DNA of 31,824 bases from an uncultured Actinomycetes bacterium. Lineage in GTDB: Bacteria; Actinomycetota; Acidimicrobiia; Spongiisociales; DATADW01. Numbering within the stretch: position 1 is the stretch's first letter; each line of letters begins with the position of its first letter. Positions 29,279-31,824 of the stretch are shown piece by piece. The translations under genes were made by a program, and so were the position numbers. Location: contig CAWGRK010000007.1 in NCBI GenBank assembly GCA_963824995.1, positions 124,001 through 155,824 of the forward strand, read 5' to 3'. The notes beneath the pieces were generated by a model, which made no database searches, was not told where the DNA came from, and worked only from the letters and a program-made list of their open reading frames with translations.

Positions 29279-30849
29279 ATGCGTAGAACCACCGCGTTCC
29301 TCGCCGTAGCGCTCGTGTTGGCGATCGCCGCCCCGCTGCCCGGCAGAGGCGGCCCCCCACCCGTCGCGGCTGCGCTGGCAGGCGTGCCACGCCGACATCG
29401 CGCCCAATCTCGAGATGTCGCCACGTTCTGGGTACCGCTCGACTACGACCGCCCGCGGGGGCCGAAGATCGACCTGGCGTTGATCCGGATTCCGGCCGGC
29501 GATCCCGAGCGGAGGATCGGGTCAATCTCATCAACCCGGGGGGTCCGGGCACCTCGGGGGTGGACATGGTCCTGAGGGCTGCCGGGTCGGACGACCCCCC
29601 CTACTCGGACGAGGTGCGGGCCCGCTTCGATCTGGTCGGGTTCGACCCGAGGGGCATCCACCGGAGCACCCCGCTGCTCTGTTTCCGATCGCTCGAGCAG
29701 GCGCTCAGCGTCGTCCCGCCGGTTCCCTTCCCGATGACTGCCGAGGACGAGGCGATGTTCGAGCGGGCCGACCGGGCGCTCAACCGGGCCTGCCAGCGGC
29801 GGGGCGGCCCCATCGTCGACCACATGGCAACCGGCAACGTGGCCCGGGACCTCGACCTACTGCGGCAAGCGGTGGGCGACCGCCGGCTCACATATGCCGG
29901 ATACTCCTACGGCACCCTTCTCGGGATCACCTACGCCAACCTCTTCCCCCGCCGAGTGCGGGCGCTGGTGCTCGACAGTGTGGTCGATCCCATCGCCTGG
30001 ACCACGGGCCGGGGCGACGGCGGAGGCGGAACCGGTCTACAACCGCCTGGGCAACCCCGCCGGCGCCCAGGCGACCCTGGAGGAGTTCTTCCGGCTGTGC
30101 GACGCCGCCAGGCCTGTGGGCTGTGCCTTCGCCGGGGATTCGGCAGCCCGGTTTGCCGCCCTCGCCGAGCGGCTGCGGTCGGAGCCGTTCGAGTACTTCG
30201 ACCCCGAGACTGGGGAGACGGTCATCTTCACCTACGCCCACCTGATCTGGATGACCTGGTTCGCCTTGAACACTGCCTCTGATTGGCCCGATTTGGCCGA
30301 GTTCCTCGCCGAGCTGGAAGGACCCTGAACCCTGAATCGATGACCGAGGCAGCGGAGGCCCTCACGGAAGGCACTCAGCGGCGCCCGACAACGCCTCGCT
30401 ATCCCAATATCGTGGAGGGCCATTACGGCGTGCTCTGCTCGGACAGCGACAACCCCGACGACCATCAGTACTGGTCGGCGGCGGGCGCCGAGGCCGACCG
30501 CCGCTTCGGCTACTTCGGCCGGATGTGGACCTGGTTCTCCAGTCCCTCCGCGGTGTGGGAGGGCTTCGGACGCCGACCGCTACATCGGACCCTTCGACCG
30601 CTCCACGGCCAACCCGGTGCTCTTGGTGGGGATCCGCTTCGATCCGGCGTCGGCCTATGAGAACGCCGTGGTGGTGAACGACTTGATGCCGGACTCGGCC
30701 CTGCTCACGGTGGAAGGGTGGGGCCACACCTCCGTCGAGATTCCCTCACAATGCACCGAGGATGTCGTCTCTCGGTATCTGCTGGAGGGGGTCACCCCGG
30801 TCGAGGGCGCCACGTGTTCGTCGATTTCGGGCCGTTCGGCGTGCCGTAG
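29279..30849 (+). pseudogene. Secreted alpha/beta hydrolase (TAP-like peptidase) with about 5 frameshifts
   Basis: GGGAGG RBS and signal peptide; VPLDYDRP, NPGGPG, GFDPRG, nucleophile GYSYG, FDPA, GWGH; frame changes near 29530, 30015, 30325, 30570 and 30820. Confidence 0.88.
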
Positions 30850-31088
30850 CCACGCTTCTGCGAAGAGCGCTCTCTTACGCTCGATCGTGGCGCGGCGTAT
30901 CCCGACCCAGCGGGCGACCTCCGGGCACAACCGCCGGCGTGCATGACCGACCCGAGCCCATCATCCGTGCTCCGGAAAGCCGGCATGGGGCATGCCAGAT
31001 CGTGAGCACCACCCCGGACCGGCCGGAACCCGCTGTAGGCGAGGGCGGTGCTGACACCAGCCAACATTGCACCGAGCAGCCTTCCGCT

Positions 31089-31230
31089 GCCTTCGTCTGC
31101 TTCGCCTTCGCCTTGGGCGGCGCCGTCAGCAGGCGCTCTTCGTGGTTCGCACGGTGGGGGAGTACGGACCGATCGAGGCGCGGGCACCGTGGTCATTCCG
31201 GCCCAGCCTCCCTTTACCATCGCTGGGCTG
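31089..31230 (+). pseudogene. Degraded paralog of the 28877-29161 ORF
   Basis: AFVCFAFA / LFVVRTVGEYGPIEARAP / PFTIAGL versus AIVCLGLA / LFVVQAVGEYGRSGARAP / PFAIVGL. Confidence 0.55.
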
Positions 31231-31824
31231 GGTGTCACTGCAGTTTAGCCCGGGCCCGCACGCCACCTTCTGCAAAGGTCGCGGCATCACCCCCGAGGCT
31301 GTCCAGAAGACCCCGGTTGAGATCAGATGCGTTGGTCGGTGATCCGCACGTCACCGAACAGCGTGTAGCTCGAAATGGTCGCCTCGGGACCGTCACCCTG
31401 GGCGACATCGATCACATCGTCGCCAAAGAGGGAGAACCGTCGGTTCGCACTCGACAACCCGTGGGAACGCGGATGACGAGATCACCTGCAATCCCGATGA
31501 ATGTGAGCCGGGCACCGGAACCTATCCCTCTTGAAGCGTCGATGAGCACATCCCCGCCAGAGCCACCGCTGTTTCCTCGTTCCAGTCCGGCGCAACAGTT
31601 GCTCGCTGATCACCGAAGACGGCCACCTGCATCGGATCCCTCGAGTCTCTGGTTCCTTCGCGACCATAGATGACCGTTGGCTGCGATGCCGCTGTGAATT
31701 GGAGGTCGACAACCTGGCGGTCCCCTCGGGTCCTACGCTTCCAAGGTTGCCTCTCGGAAGCCTCGGCGCTGAGGTGGGGAACCACGACCTCTGCCTATCA
31801 GCGACGACCAGAAGGAGGTTTGGT

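Noticed and set aside
30762..31673. 303-aa ORF
   Set aside because: Arg/Pro/Ser-rich off-frame composition overlapping two pseudogenes.

Overview
High-GC Actinomycetota-like DNA, with protein style suggesting Acidimicrobiia (inference). Bases 1-13.9 kb are an intact core locus: uvrA(3' part)-SAM methyltransferase-vapBC-uvrC-rapZ-yvcK-pgk-tpiA, then a small accessory islet with a duplicated 46-bp structured/promoter element, DUF1269-like gene, gpmA, secG, an orphan family-5 solute-binding protein and tRNA-Leu(GAG). whiA and gap are missing from their usual position. Downstream of the tRNA is an accessory region rich in pseudogenes. The tRNA 3' end recurs at ~19.33 kb and ~23.55 kb inside conserved, partly palindromic att-like sites, delimiting two tandem cassettes (5,444 bp and 4,225 bp) with no recognisable integrase. 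Cassette 1 carries a histidine phosphatase, an IPCT/DIPPS-like enzyme fused (across one frameshift) to a HAD phosphatase, IS3 and ISL3 remnants and decayed genes. Cassette 2 carries a single zinc-ribbon/class III cyclase/STAND-ATPase/TPR gene. Beyond it are DHFR-like, phosphotransferase and TAP-like hydrolase pseudogenes, a second cyclase-ATPase gene and a diverged duplicated membrane-protein segment. All calls were made by eye from motifs; no database searches were run.
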